DNA of 64,000 bases from assembly GCA_963777505.1 (NCBI GenBank), contig CAVZQN010000007.1:1-64000 (forward strand), given 5' to 3'. The notes beneath the pieces were generated by a model. The model made no database searches, was not told the origin of the DNA, and was given only the letters and a program-made list of their open reading frames with translations. Below, one piece after another: positions 40,673-51,004 of the stretch (the stretch's first letter is position 1; every line of letters starts with the position of its first letter). Position numbers and translations under genes: made by a program. The DNA comes from an uncultured bacterium. GTDB lineage: Bacteria > Acidobacteriota > HRBIN11 > JAKEFK01.

Positions 40673-41389
40673 TTAGACTTTTTTCCATACAATGTCGATT
40701 CCCTCCCTTCGAAATAACATGCCGCTCACATTGCCTGATTTATCAGTAGCAAATAGGATCCGGCTGCGAGGCGAACCTTTCCGGAAGAAAACATTCTCCG
40801 TTTCTGAAAATAATTGTTCTTTTTCGCGTCCCGTTCGTTGGCCCATCAGTTTGCCTTGCTCAACACTTAAGATGTAAGTATCCTGCCCAAGCTGATACCG
40901 TCCCGCATATTTTTGCAATGTTTCGGAAGGAACTTCAATAGCCGGAGGATCATTATTAATTGCGATGACTTGCGCAGCGACAAGTTGCCAGTGTCCCTTT
41001 GTGCGAATAAAGGTGCTCGTTTGTAAATAGCGGGCTGTAATTTTTTGCCCAAAAATTTCCATATTCTCCAACTCTCGGACGGTAAGAATGGCTGTGTCAC
41101 CATAAACCTGCGATTTCGCTTCTTCTACCTTGAGGTTTCCAGAATATCCTGGAGGGAGAGGTCCAAAATCTGCTAGCAACTCTTTCTTAGAGTATGTTTT
41201 GCCATTCTCATCGCTGAATAAACACATATCGGACAGATGCTTTTCCCAAACTTCTTTCTTTCCGGCAGCAACTGAATCCAATAACTCATTCAAGATTGCT
41301 ACAAGTTCTTTTTCGATTTCGGCATCTGACGAAAATGAAAACTGTGGAGCGGCCAGAATTAGAAAAAGTAGAAACACAATTTGTTTCAT
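40673..41389 (-). CDS. secreted DUF4440 (NTF2-like) plus DUF3471-like protein
   Basis: Signal peptide, VYGDTAI..WQLVAAQ, then LQKYAGRY. Confidence 0.72.
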   Translation of the reverse strand: MKQIVFLLFLILAAPQFSFSSDAEIEKELVAILNELLDSVAAGKKEVWEKHLSDMCLFSDENGKTYSKKELLADFGPLPPGYSGNLKVEEAKSQVYGDTAILTVRELENMEIFGQKITARYLQTSTFIRTKGHWQLVAAQVIAINNDPPAIEVPSETLQKYAGRYQLGQDTYILSVEQGKLMGQRTGREKEQLFSETENVFFRKGSPRSRILFATDKSGNVSGMLFRREGIDIVWKKV

Positions 41390-41423
41390 GATCTTTGTTC
41401 CTTAGGAGAGAGCGTTAATTGTA

Positions 41424-43793
41424 TTGCACCTTGTATCCTGTATCCTGAATCCTGTATCCTGTAACTTGATTCTGGGTGAACGTGGTGTTTTAGTCCGGCA
41501 TCTCGCGGCAATCGCACTGTTGGCTGCCGCATTCTATTTTCTAAAACAGTGGTATTTGTATCAAGGCCCTCTTGATCAAATTCTCTTCATACTCCTCTTT
41601 GCTACTTCCATTCTCCTCGCAATTTGGCGCGCCTTGCGAGTTGTCAATTCCCTTCCAATCATGCGCGTTTTAGTTTGCGGAATTCTCATTTTCCTAATAT
41701 TTCCGTGGGGCGAATGGCTCCGGCTGAGTACTTCCACATCACGTGCCGAGTGGAGTCTTCAACTTTATACCCAGGCAATCTTTCTATATGGATCGTTCCT
41801 CTTCCTGAGCTTTTTACCGGGAATCGTATCGCGTGTGCATTCAGCCATTTTGGCTGCTCTTGAAACAGTTTACAGAAGGCGGCTGCTTTGGATTCCACCT
41901 ATTTTGTTTTTTCTATTTACAAGCTGGATCGCATTTTTCGTTTATAGGCAAACACCAATTGTCCAAGATTCTGCCGCGCACATCTTTCAAGCCAAAATTT
42001 TTCTGAATGGAAAGTTATTTGCACCTGCCCCGCCGGCTCCGGATTTCTTTTCAATCATTGGTGACATGCTTGTCATTCATGACGGCCGTTGGTTCGGAAT
42101 GTATCAGCCGGGTTTTGCCGCTCTTTTAGCATTTGCCATGATGTTAAAAGCGCAATGGTTTCTATCACCGATTTTGGGTGCCGCAACAATTGCAATTTGG
42201 ATCGCTTATGTTCGCCGTTGGCACAATCCGCTTGCCGCTGCACTTTTTTCCTTGTTAGCTCTGCTTTCTCCTTTCCTTTTCATGATGTCTTCAACCATCA
42301 TGGTTTTCACACCTGAACTTTTTACAGCAACATCCATCATCTATTTGTGCCGCTTACAAACAGAACAAGAGCGCTCATGGAGATATGCAGTCATTTTTGT
42401 GCTGTTGTTCTACGGAACGTTGGTCCGTTCATTTTCGCTAATTCCGTTTCTTGCACCCGTGCTTGCATATACCTCGTGGAATCGTTTTCGATCGCGTTCC
42501 TATTTATGTCCAATCATAATTGCCGGAGGAATCATTGCAGGCACTTTAGTGATGATGTGGTATCAAATACAAACCACGGGAAATGCATTACTACCCGGTT
42601 ATCTGATCGAATATCCCGACGTTGGTTATGGATTCGGGCAGCATTTTGCAGGACGTCATACCCCGATTAAGAGCCTGGAAAACATTTCCAATAACTTGCT
42701 CGGAATGAACGACTGGTTAAATGGCTGGATTTCTGGATCCATATTTTTCGTCATTCTATTTTTTATTCTTGAAAAAAGAATCAAAAAATGGGATCTCTTG
42801 CTGCTGCTTGGTTGCGCAGGTCTGGCCAGTTTCTATTTCTTCTTCTTTTTCCAGGATCTCTTTTTCGGACCTCGTTATTATTACTGCCTGGCTCCTGTTT
42901 TCCTTTTAATGGTTACCCGCAGTATTACACCGGACGAAAATGCTTTACCGAAATTGCAACCTTATTTGGTCTGCATTCTTGTTATCTGTACTTCAAGTTT
43001 CCTGTTTTACAAATTACCAAAGTACGTCTATCGTTATCCGCTCGAAAGCAATGGTGGCTATCTTAAAAGCGAAATCGAGGAAAACGGGGATCAGAAAAGG
43101 CTTGTCTTTCTAGACAAGAATATTCAAAACCAATTTGTAAGCTGGAACGATCCGTTTTTGCGAGACCCTGTAATCATTGTTCGAGACTATGGCAGCCGTA
43201 ACCCCGAGGTGATGAGATTCTTTCCAGATTACAAACCCACATATTACCGGATGGAAATTGAATACAAAAAGAAAAAGCTCAAGGCAGAATTCAAGTTTTA
43301 TGACAAGCCAACAGACCGTCATCCGGGTTATTTGAGCTCATTTGAACTAGCTATGACCATGCAGGCTGCCAACAATTATTGGACGAAAGATTGCTTTGAT
43401 ATTACATACACTGATTTATTCAATGCCCATGAATCACCGGCAAACTTAATGTTTCTCGCGAAGGAGGAACAAAGTCTCCCAGCAGTAAGAAGATATAAGG
43501 ATCATTTTCGTGAAGGATTAATTCATTCAGCCAGAATGCTTCTACTTCCAAAGTTAGCTTTTGAAGAACGTGGATTGGAATGGTTTTCTGCTTTTCAACC
43601 GGAACAATTTCGAAAAGAACATTCGTCAGCTGTTCACAGTTTTAAACTAGCCGGAGATGTGGGAAATAGCATTCTTCAACAGCTTGAGAAAGTGCGGAGA
43701 CGGATCGATCGCGATCGAAATGGAGTAATGTCCGATTCAGAATTAAATCGCTTTCTTAATGAAAAGATCCGGATCTTTTTTATGGGCGGCTAG
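41424..43793 (+). CDS. GT-C/ArnT-PMT-like multi-pass membrane glycosyltransferase with a C-terminal EF-hand; true start probably downstream
   Basis: Many TM helices, QDSAAHIFQAK, YQPGF, GPRYY, tail DRDRNGVMSDSE. Confidence 0.72.
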   Translation: MHLVSCILNPVSCNLILGERGVLVRHLAAIALLAAAFYFLKQWYLYQGPLDQILFILLFATSILLAIWRALRVVNSLPIMRVLVCGILIFLIFPWGEWLRLSTSTSRAEWSLQLYTQAIFLYGSFLFLSFLPGIVSRVHSAILAALETVYRRRLLWIPPILFFLFTSWIAFFVYRQTPIVQDSAAHIFQAKIFLNGKLFAPAPPAPDFFSIIGDMLVIHDGRWFGMYQPGFAALLAFAMMLKAQWFLSPILGAATIAIWIAYVRRWHNPLAAALFSLLALLSPFLFMMSSTIMVFTPELFTATSIIYLCRLQTEQERSWRYAVIFVLLFYGTLVRSFSLIPFLAPVLAYTSWNRFRSRSYLCPIIIAGGIIAGTLVMMWYQIQTTGNALLPGYLIEYPDVGYGFGQHFAGRHTPIKSLENISNNLLGMNDWLNGWISGSIFFVILFFILEKRIKKWDLLLLLGCAGLASFYFFFFFQDLFFGPRYYYCLAPVFLLMVTRSITPDENALPKLQPYLVCILVICTSSFLFYKLPKYVYRYPLESNGGYLKSEIEENGDQKRLVFLDKNIQNQFVSWNDPFLRDPVIIVRDYGSRNPEVMRFFPDYKPTYYRMEIEYKKKKLKAEFKFYDKPTDRHPGYLSSFELAMTMQAANNYWTKDCFDITYTDLFNAHESPANLMFLAKEEQSLPAVRRYKDHFREGLIHSARMLLLPKLAFEERGLEWFSAFQPEQFRKEHSSAVHSFKLAGDVGNSILQQLEKVRRRIDRDRNGVMSDSELNRFLNEKIRIFFMGG
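41433..41462. repeat. heptamer tandem repeat (GTATCCT)n
   Basis: GTATCCT GTATCCT GAATCCT GTATCCT. Similar degenerate heptamers near 40645-40674 and 4540-4630. Confidence 0.7.
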
Positions 43794-43876
43794 CTCATAT
43801 AAAAAACGTTTCAACCTTAGAATACAATGATGATTGAATTGCTAGCGGGACAAAGATCGGGGGGCTCGCACGAGAT

Positions 43877-45163
43877 ATGAACGATCCTGTTATTCTCGTT
43901 GAAGATTTAACGAAGATATATCACATTGGGGCTAGAGAAGACTCGTTTCGAACATTCCGGGATGTTGTTTCGTCAGCATTGTCTGCGCCAGCTCGTAGTA
44001 TAAAAAAATGGATCGATCATTCAGTCGACCACAATAGCTCTGACGAGGACCACATTTATGCTTTAAAAAATGTTTCTTTTGAAGTTAAACAAGGTGAAGT
44101 GGTTGGCGTCATCGGTCGCAATGGTGCTGGAAAAAGTACGCTTCTTAAGATTCTTTCGAGAATTACGGAACCAAGTAGTGGATATGCCCAAATCAGAGGC
44201 CGCGTAGGATCGTTGCTGGAAGTTGGAACAGGTTTTCATCCGGAATTAACAGGACGTGAAAATATTTATCTGAACGGCGCGATTCTTGGGATGAGAAAAG
44301 CAGAGATTCAAACAAAGTTTGATGAAATTGTCGCGTTCTCTGAATTAGATAAATTCCTTGATACTCCCGTCAAACATTACTCAAGCGGGATGTATGTTCG
44401 TCTGGCTTTTGCTGTGGCAGCTCATCTTGAGCCAGAGGTGCTCTTAATAGACGAAGTTCTGGCTGTTGGCGATTTGGCCTTCCAAAAAAAGTGCCAAGGC
44501 AAAATGGGAGACGTTGCTCAGCATGGACGAACAATTCTCTTTGTAAGCCACAATATTGTTTCGATTCAAAATTTATGCCCATCTGCAATCTTATTGGACG
44601 ATGGCCAAATGATTTGCCAGAGTGATACAACGAAAGTTCTTCAAAATTATCTTTCTCGAATCAGTGAAGAACCACAAAAGTTCTTGAATACAAGACAAGA
44701 TCGCAAAGGCGATGGAAGCTTACGTTGGAAAGAAGTCTCTTTTGAGAGGGGTGACGGAAAGAAAACATCTACCTTTCTGAGCGGTGAAAGCTTTGTTGCA
44801 AATTTGTACTATGAAGGAAACGTGATTTCTCCATCACATTCAGTCATTGTCGGGATCACGGTAAAAGACAGATTTGATCAGATTCTATTCAACTGCAGTA
44901 ATCAAGTTTCCGGACAAACATTAAGTGGCTGGTCTGAGGCCGGTTATGTTAGTTGCAGGATTCCACGTCTTCCGCTAACATCAGGCACTTATAACATTAA
45001 TTTATTCATTTCAATTAATGGACTCGTTGCTGATTGGATTCAAAACGCAGCTACTTTCAACGTACAAAGCGCAGATTACTTTGGCACAGGACACCTTCCG
45101 CCAGCAACACATGGGAGTTTTCTCGTAGATCATTCTTGGGAACTCCACAAGAAAGAGGAATAG
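43877..45163 (+). CDS. wzt: polysaccharide ABC exporter ATPase with Wzt C-terminal domain
   Basis: GRNGAGKST, GFHPELTGREN, YSSGM, IDEVLAVGD and VSH, plus a C-terminal beta domain. Confidence 0.92.
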   Translation: MNDPVILVEDLTKIYHIGAREDSFRTFRDVVSSALSAPARSIKKWIDHSVDHNSSDEDHIYALKNVSFEVKQGEVVGVIGRNGAGKSTLLKILSRITEPSSGYAQIRGRVGSLLEVGTGFHPELTGRENIYLNGAILGMRKAEIQTKFDEIVAFSELDKFLDTPVKHYSSGMYVRLAFAVAAHLEPEVLLIDEVLAVGDLAFQKKCQGKMGDVAQHGRTILFVSHNIVSIQNLCPSAILLDDGQMICQSDTTKVLQNYLSRISEEPQKFLNTRQDRKGDGSLRWKEVSFERGDGKKTSTFLSGESFVANLYYEGNVISPSHSVIVGITVKDRFDQILFNCSNQVSGQTLSGWSEAGYVSCRIPRLPLTSGTYNINLFISINGLVADWIQNAATFNVQSADYFGTGHLPPATHGSFLVDHSWELHKKEE

Positions 45164-45269
45164 AATCCACACACAAATGAGTGAAAGCAATTGCGGCTAA
45201 AGACCTTCGGAAAATCTTGCTTATGTCAGAAAAGCATAAACACACAGATCGAGATTTAATCTGAAGTTT

Positions 45270-45983
45270 ATGTTAAAAGAACTGATCCCACGATGGATAA
45301 CAAAGTTTTTTCGGGAACCACAACCAGACCTTTCGCAAAACTACATGGATCCCGATATACCCCAAAAACAGCGCCAGCTGGTCGATCAACAATTAGAAAA
45401 AATGTATCGGGGCGATATCGTTCCGCATTTTAGAGTACTCGCCAACGTTTTTGAAAAACTGGAAAATGGCAAATATGCATTGAAGATTCTAGATGCAGGA
45501 TGTGCTTCAGCTTATTATTCTGAAATCATAAAACATCTAGTCCCACGACCTTTTGATTACGTAGGCTCCGATTACAATCCTGAAATGCTTCAGTTGGCAA
45601 AAGAAAAATATCCTGTACTTCCTTTTTTCAGGATGGATCTGCGGCGATTGGCCTGGCTTGATTCATCGTTTGATGTGGTGATGTCTGGCGCTGTAATTGT
45701 TCATATCAAGGAATGGGAAAAAGCAGTTTCAGAGATCGCGCGAGTCTCAAAGAAATGGCTAATCTTGCACCGCACTCGGGTACGCACAGAGGCAGAAACC
45801 ATCATCAAAGTTGAGACGCATTACGATGTTCAGGTTTATCGAGTGTCGATTGCAGAAAACGAACTGGTCAAGCATTTAAGTGGTTTAAACTTTGAGTTGG
45901 TTTCAAAGATGGATTGTTATGAAGGAGAAATGGAAGAAGGGTTCGGAAATTTTACATATTTGTTTTCGCGGAAGAGACCTTAA
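45270..45983 (+). CDS. class I SAM-dependent methyltransferase
   Basis: ILDAGCASA, DSSFDVV and EIARVS. Confidence 0.85.
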   Translation: MLKELIPRWITKFFREPQPDLSQNYMDPDIPQKQRQLVDQQLEKMYRGDIVPHFRVLANVFEKLENGKYALKILDAGCASAYYSEIIKHLVPRPFDYVGSDYNPEMLQLAKEKYPVLPFFRMDLRRLAWLDSSFDVVMSGAVIVHIKEWEKAVSEIARVSKKWLILHRTRVRTEAETIIKVETHYDVQVYRVSIAENELVKHLSGLNFELVSKMDCYEGEMEEGFGNFTYLFSRKRP

Positions 45984-47032
45984 TGTCCAATTTTCCTCGC
46001 ATCACCTTTGGAATCATCGTTTTTAATGGTGAACCATTTGTGCGCTACAATCTTCGCGCGCTTTATCCATTCGCTCATGAAATCATTGTAGTCGAGGGTG
46101 CATGCGAAGCCTCTTCCACGCTTACCACAAAAGATGCTCATTCAACCGACGGAACTTTGGAGACTCTCCATCGCTTCAAGAGCGAAGAAGATAAGGAAAA
46201 CAAGCTTCAAATCATAACTCAGGACTCCTTCTGGACAGAAAAAGATCAACAATCGCGGGCATATACAGATCGAGCGACAGGGGACTATATCTGGCAGATT
46301 GATATTGATGAATTTTATCAACCTGAAGATATGTCAAAGATTATCGAAATGATCCGAAAAGATCCTTCGATCTCAGGCGCCTCCATCAAACAAATTACAT
46401 TTTGGGGAGGATTTGATTATTTGACGGATGGATTTTACCTCCGTAGTGGAGCTGATATTTTTCATCGAATATTTCGATGGCAACTTGGATACTCTTACAT
46501 TACACATCGTCCTCCCACTGTTTACGATGTAGAAAAACACGATCTCACATCTTTGAATTGGTTAGATGGAGGAAGGCTCGCGCAAAATGGAATTTTGCTC
46601 TATCACTATTCCCTTTTGTTTCCAAAACAAGTTATTGAAAAATGCGAGTATTACGGCCAGGCTGCATGGGCGGAGCGTCCGATGGCCCAGAAATGGGCTC
46701 AAGACGTCTACATGAATTTAAAAAATCCGTATCGCGTTCACAATGTTTATGATTATCCGAGTTGGTTAGAAAGGTTTAAAGGAAAACATCCGCCTCAGAT
46801 TCAATCGCTTATGAAAGATATTCAGAGTGGTTTTATTAAAACTGAACTCAGAAAAACAGATGACGTGGAAAAACTTCTTCGATCTCCAACTTATAAGATA
46901 GGTCGTTCACTCTTAAAGCAATGTGAACGGATTCAACGAAAATATCAGACACCCTGGAATCGAAATATGTATCGCTTGAAACACCCAATCAATTCCTTCA
47001 AAAACCTTGCACGCAAGATCGTTCGAGAATGA
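45983..47032 (+). CDS. GT2-like glycosyltransferase
   Basis: IIVFNGE, IVVEGA, STDGT and QIDIDEFY. Confidence 0.8.
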   Translation: MSNFPRITFGIIVFNGEPFVRYNLRALYPFAHEIIVVEGACEASSTLTTKDAHSTDGTLETLHRFKSEEDKENKLQIITQDSFWTEKDQQSRAYTDRATGDYIWQIDIDEFYQPEDMSKIIEMIRKDPSISGASIKQITFWGGFDYLTDGFYLRSGADIFHRIFRWQLGYSYITHRPPTVYDVEKHDLTSLNWLDGGRLAQNGILLYHYSLLFPKQVIEKCEYYGQAAWAERPMAQKWAQDVYMNLKNPYRVHNVYDYPSWLERFKGKHPPQIQSLMKDIQSGFIKTELRKTDDVEKLLRSPTYKIGRSLLKQCERIQRKYQTPWNRNMYRLKHPINSFKNLARKIVRE

Positions 47033-47054
47033 AACGCATTGACGCCCAGAATTT

Positions 47055-48263
47055 ATGAATATTGCAGTTCTTTCCGATTTTGAGACATACGGAGGAGCTG
47101 CAACCGCAACAAGCAGATTGTCCCAGGAACTATGCGAAGCAGGGATCACGGTTACTCGGATCGTCGCCCATGAAGATGGTAATAAGCATTCCTGGAGAAC
47201 GGTACCTCTCAACCAAAAGCGGTTGATGGATCGTATTACACGAAAATCACCTGCCAGTGAAAAGCGGATGCTCAAGCGTCTTGAAGATTTGCTTGAATCG
47301 ATTCGTCCGCAAGTAATTAATGTTCACAATATACATGGTGCGCTATCGGAAGGCTGGTCTATCGACTTTTTGAGTGTTTGCAAGAATTTTGCACCAACAA
47401 TCTGGACGCTTCATGATATGTGGAGTTTTACCGGGCGCTGCGCATACAGTTATGATTGTCGAAAATTCATTGATGGCTGTGATTCAAATTGCCCTACACC
47501 GGATGAATATCCATCACTTGCGCCGGACCAGATCAAACCTGCATGGCTTAATAGGCAGGCAATTTTAACAAATGAAAAAGGAATTTCGTGTGTTACTCCT
47601 TCTCAATGGATGGCGAACGAAGCGCGCGCTGGAATTTGGAACAAATCACAGATCGATGTGATTCCAAATGGTTTGCCGTTAGAAATATTTAAACCCGTGG
47701 ATCGTGCTTATGCGCGAGAAGAGCTGGGAATTGCGTCCAAAGGTATTGTGATGGTTTCTGTTGCACAGAATTTTGATGAACGCAGAAAAGGTGGAATCTA
47801 TTTACAGGAAGGACTCAATCACATTCTTAATCAGGATTTAACATTGATCGTAATGGGACAAGGAAAATTAGAGATGCCCTCTGACCGGTTAAGGATTTGC
47901 TCTTTGGGCTTTGTTGCAGAAGATCGAATAAAGACTCTCGCTTACAGTGCGGCCGATTTCTTAATTCATACAGCTCCTGTTGATAATTTTCCCAATGTCA
48001 TCGTTGAGGCAATGGCTTGTGGCACCCCAACTGTCGCTTTCGATGTTTGTGGCATTCCTGAACTTATCCGCACCGGTGTAACAGGTTGGCTCGCAAAAGA
48101 AGTGAATGCCTCTTCCCTTTCGAATACTGTGCAAACGGCAATTCAAGATATTCAAAGTGGGATTAATCTTCGAGCATCATGCAGGAATGTAGTTGAAGCG
48201 GAATACCCTTTGTCTTTGCAGGCAAAACGTTACGCTGATTTGTTTTCTAATTTAGCGTCCTAA
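47055..48263 (+). CDS. GT4 glycosyltransferase (WcaC-like)
   Basis: GGAA, WTLHDMWSFTGRC, VIPNG, RKG and DNFPNVIVEAMACGTP. Confidence 0.9.
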   Translation: MNIAVLSDFETYGGAATATSRLSQELCEAGITVTRIVAHEDGNKHSWRTVPLNQKRLMDRITRKSPASEKRMLKRLEDLLESIRPQVINVHNIHGALSEGWSIDFLSVCKNFAPTIWTLHDMWSFTGRCAYSYDCRKFIDGCDSNCPTPDEYPSLAPDQIKPAWLNRQAILTNEKGISCVTPSQWMANEARAGIWNKSQIDVIPNGLPLEIFKPVDRAYAREELGIASKGIVMVSVAQNFDERRKGGIYLQEGLNHILNQDLTLIVMGQGKLEMPSDRLRICSLGFVAEDRIKTLAYSAADFLIHTAPVDNFPNVIVEAMACGTPTVAFDVCGIPELIRTGVTGWLAKEVNASSLSNTVQTAIQDIQSGINLRASCRNVVEAEYPLSLQAKRYADLFSNLAS

Positions 48264-48296
48264 CCCATCACCGTTTCGCCCAACCACCAGAATAAG

Positions 48297-48425
48297 GTGA
48301 GCTTCCACCCAAGCTAACTAGAGGTTTTCTGACATGGAACGGGTGGAAGCTCACTTGCTTTGTGGGTGAAAATTACCGTTGTGTAAAAATGCCTCAAGGG
48401 GGCCAAACCAATCGTTCGGCCCCCT
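48297..48425. repeat. two intergenic inverted repeats
   Basis: 14-bp arms GTGAGCTTCCACCC / GGGTGGAAGCTCAC (48297-48354) and a 12-bp GC-rich hairpin (48397-48425). Confidence 0.7.
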
Positions 48426-48826
48426 ATTGCGAGCCAAGTCATCTGACACGTCTTAGAGCCACTTATAAAACTTTAATTCTCAACCTGAGGAGTTAATCTC
48501 AGTCTTTGAAATGTTGGAGGCACAAGCTATGAGTTTTAGTCGTGAACATTTTCAACTGAAACTTCCCATCTCTGAATCGAAATTTCATCTGTTGTCCTAA
48601 AATTTCTTGGACTTCATATCCTGTGCACGACAATACTATTTATAGCGCACCGAAAAATGATGCTGCATGGTAGTGCCTCCCGTAGTGCCGTTATTTTTGT
48701 TTGGGCTGTTACAATGGGTGGATCTCTGATCGAATGATTCCAATTTCTGAAGGTACAATTTGAGTCTCAAACATTTTCTCTTACTATTAAATGTGAGTCT
48801 CTAAACTTTAAAGGAGCATTAAATCG

Positions 48827-50071
48827 ATGACTAAAATAAGACACTTCCTATTCTTCTTACTCCTTTCATTCATCGCTTTTTCTATTGTGTCGGCAGAAAA
48901 TTGGCCAAGTTGGCGCGGGCCTAGGAGCGATGGGACAAGTCAAGAGACAGGCATTCCTTCAAAGTGGAGTAAAACAGAAAACGTGGCCTGGCGTGTGCCT
49001 CTCCCCGGTCCTGCTGGTTCAACTCCTATCATATGGGGAAAACAAATATTTCTTACATCCGGAGAAGAAGACAATATTGTCCTGATTAGCCTCAGTACAG
49101 ATGGGAAAGTTCTATGGAAACAAGTCTTAGGAACTGGAAATAGTTCAGTGCGAGGTGATGAAGCAAATTTCGCGGCACCGTCGCCATCAACAGATGGTAA
49201 ACACGTTTGGACATTTGCGGGTACCGGTGACCTTGCTTGTTTTGATTTTGCAGGCAAACAAATATGGAAAACAAATCTTCAAGAGCGCTATGGCAAGTTT
49301 GATTTGAATTTTGTAATGTCATCCACCCCGGTTCTTGATGGAAACCGTCTTTATGTTCAGCTTCTCCATACCGGCGCTCAACTTGTTCTTGCACTGGATA
49401 AAACAAACGGAAAGGAAGTATGGAAGCATGAGCGCATTAGTGATGCAAAAGAAGAATCACGACATTCTTATGCGTCTCCATTTTTATACCGCGATGGAAA
49501 ACGAGAATTTCTTTTGGTTCATGGAAGCGATTACATTACCGCGCATAAGCTGAGCGATGGAACTGAAATTTGGCGATCCGGAGAACTCAACTCAAAAGAA
49601 AGTTACAATCCCGCTTTCCGTTTTGTTACGTCTCCTGTTGCAGCATCGGGAATCATCATCGTTCCGTCTGCAAAAAAAGGACCGGTGCATGCCATCAATC
49701 CTGATTCACAAAAACTATGGACTCTTCCCAAAGTCACGCCCGACGTACCTTCACCAGTGATCCATGACGGCATCCTTTATCTTTGCCGTGAAAACGGCGA
49801 TCTGATTGCTATTGATGCAAAGAATGGAAAACAGATTTACCTGAATCCAACGCATGAACACAGACATCGCTCTTCTCCGATTTATGCGGATGGAAAGATC
49901 TTTCTCATCGCAAGAGATGGTGTTACGACTGTCGTAAAAGCAGGACAAACATTTGAGGTTTTATCTACCAACGAAATCGGAGAACCCATTTCATCTTCCC
50001 CAGTAGTATCAAATGGAACGCTGTACATTCGAAGTTTCGCGGCGCTCTATGCAATTCGCAACAGCATGTAA
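48827..50071 (+). CDS. secreted PQQ-like beta-propeller repeat protein (BamB-like)
   Basis: Signal peptide, ENWPSWRGP, repeated SSP/STP..DG..W blades. Confidence 0.88.
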   Translation: MTKIRHFLFFLLLSFIAFSIVSAENWPSWRGPRSDGTSQETGIPSKWSKTENVAWRVPLPGPAGSTPIIWGKQIFLTSGEEDNIVLISLSTDGKVLWKQVLGTGNSSVRGDEANFAAPSPSTDGKHVWTFAGTGDLACFDFAGKQIWKTNLQERYGKFDLNFVMSSTPVLDGNRLYVQLLHTGAQLVLALDKTNGKEVWKHERISDAKEESRHSYASPFLYRDGKREFLLVHGSDYITAHKLSDGTEIWRSGELNSKESYNPAFRFVTSPVAASGIIIVPSAKKGPVHAINPDSQKLWTLPKVTPDVPSPVIHDGILYLCRENGDLIAIDAKNGKQIYLNPTHEHRHRSSPIYADGKIFLIARDGVTTVVKAGQTFEVLSTNEIGEPISSSPVVSNGTLYIRSFAALYAIRNSM

Positions 50072-50075
50072 GTTC

Positions 50076-50115
50076 GTAGTAAGGCACGCAGCTGAGCGAC
50101 GCGAGGCAGTGCCGT
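50076..50115. repeat. half copy of the 32165 element
   Basis: GTAGTAAGGCACGCAGCTGAGCGACGCGAGGCAGTGCCGT between convergent stops. Confidence 0.8.
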
Positions 50116-50943
50116 TTACGTGAGAGATGTTAACTCAGTGCTAATTTGCCAGAGTCGTTCTGCTGCCTCTTTATCATAAGAGATCGGAGAGGATTTGGAC
50201 TCTTTGAGGCCATTGAAATATTTGCCGGATACTTTTTCCATTTCAGGCGAAGTTGCAAGACGAACAATTGCCTCTGAACCTTTTTCGGGTGAACCAGCAA
50301 TCATTCGAACAAGAACGCGCACAAAGCCAGGAGCTTCGCGAAAAATGCCTGTACTTAAAAAGCCTGGATGGAGAGCATTCACAGTTACATTCGATCCTTC
50401 CAACCGCCTGGAAAGCTCGTATGTAAAAAGAAGATTCAATAATTTTGAAAGGCTATACGCACGAAATCCGCCATAATTTTTTTCCATCTGCAGATCATCA
50501 AAATCGAGTTGAGCATTCCGATGTGCTTCGGACGAAACATTGATGATCCGCGCAGGTGCACTTGCTTTGAGTACATCCACCAAAAGGTTCGTGAATAAGA
50601 AATATGCGAGATGATTCACTGCCAATGTCATCTCAATTCCATCCGGAGATAACAATCTTGGTCCGGCCAACCCTGCATTATTCACAAGAATGTGTAAATT
50701 CTTGTATCGCGATTTAAAAACCTCTGCTGCTTTGTGGATTGCAGCTTGAGAAGATAAATCAGCAATTAGAATATCGATATTCTGGTTGCCAGTTTTCTTC
50801 ACAATTTCTTTTTTAGTCTCCTCTGCTAACTCCGGATTTCTAGCAACCATCACAACTGTTGCTCCGCGGCGCGCAAATTCCACGACAGTGGACTTCCCTA
50901 TTCCACTCGTTGATCCAGTAACAACAGCAACTTTATTTTCCAT
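50116..50943 (-). CDS. SDR oxidoreductase (retinol dehydrogenase-like)
   Basis: TGSTSGIG, NNAG, VNHL, NVSS, YSLSK and LHPG. Confidence 0.92.
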   Translation of the reverse strand: MENKVAVVTGSTSGIGKSTVVEFARRGATVVMVARNPELAEETKKEIVKKTGNQNIDILIADLSSQAAIHKAAEVFKSRYKNLHILVNNAGLAGPRLLSPDGIEMTLAVNHLAYFLFTNLLVDVLKASAPARIINVSSEAHRNAQLDFDDLQMEKNYGGFRAYSLSKLLNLLFTYELSRRLEGSNVTVNALHPGFLSTGIFREAPGFVRVLVRMIAGSPEKGSEAIVRLATSPEMEKVSGKYFNGLKESKSSPISYDKEAAERLWQISTELTSLT

Positions 50944-51004
50944 GGTATTCACAATATGGAACAAAACTGAACGTATTCAACTCCCCATGCTACTATAAAT
51001 TCCT

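Noticed and set aside
41424-41490. N-terminal MHLVSCILNPVSCNL of the GT-C ORF
   Set aside because: It is the translation of an intergenic heptamer repeat. The real start is probably downstream.
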